A stretch of 63,988 bases of DNA, the filler included, from Octopus bimaculoides (taxonomy: Eukaryota), in the NCBI RefSeq assembly GCF_001194135.2. It is 6 parts of 5 records of this genome, joined end to end, with 100 filler letters (N's around TTAATTAATTAA, not from the genome) between each part and the next. Parts side by side here need not be neighbours in the genome. Positions count along the whole stretch, not along the records: positions 62,957 to 63,988 come from NW_026361600.1; 5 more parts are not named here. One strand, given 5' to 3'. Below are positions 63,926-63,988 of this stretch, in pieces. How positions within the stretch are numbered: position 1 is the first letter of the stretch; every line of letters begins with the position of its first letter. The notes under the pieces were generated by a model that did no database searches, had not been told where the DNA came from, and saw nothing but the letters and a program-made list of their open reading frames with translations. The position numbers were made by a program, and so were the translations under genes.

Positions 63926-63988
63926 GGAGTCAACTGGGCGGGGTGAAATGTGACTTGACGCGTCATTCTTTTTGTCGGGGAGTGATGC

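Overview
AT-rich, microsatellite-dense eukaryotic DNA with many N gaps. The SINE/LINE families look to me like octopus (coleoid cephalopod) repeats; this is recognition from memory, not a database check. The window is not one locus. Five identical artificial 100-bp linkers (N44-TTAATTAATTAA-N44, stop codons in all six frames) split it into six segments: 1-15933, 16034-22912, 23013-44845, 44946-56337, 56438-62856 and 62957-63988. The only host gene I can confidently support is the N-terminal coding exon of tyrosine aminotransferase (TAT; CDS 43725-43860, + strand), whose phase-1 intron falls in the same Gly codon as in human TAT; the segment ends before the next exon. The rest is mostly decayed retroelements (CR1, RTE, L1/Tx1, R4/Dong-type RLE LINEs, Penelope-like fragments), tRNA-derived SINEs, small inverted-repeat elements, and mini/microsatellites. 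The most striking object is a 321-bp palindromic element at 28243-28563: 73-bp GC-rich terminal inverted repeats enclose outward-facing telomeric arrays (CCCTAA)n...(TTAGGG)n, and an exact 26-bp direct repeat flanks the whole. Other notable items are hammerhead-ribozyme-like motifs in a Penelope-type repeat, a fold-back Penelope remnant inside concentric inverted repeats, a cluster of about six R4/Dong fragments at (TAA)n tracts, a LINE 3' end matching the tail of the main SINE family, and a 33-bp minisatellite that ends in a fold-back. Repeat boundaries are read by eye and approximate unless stated as exact.
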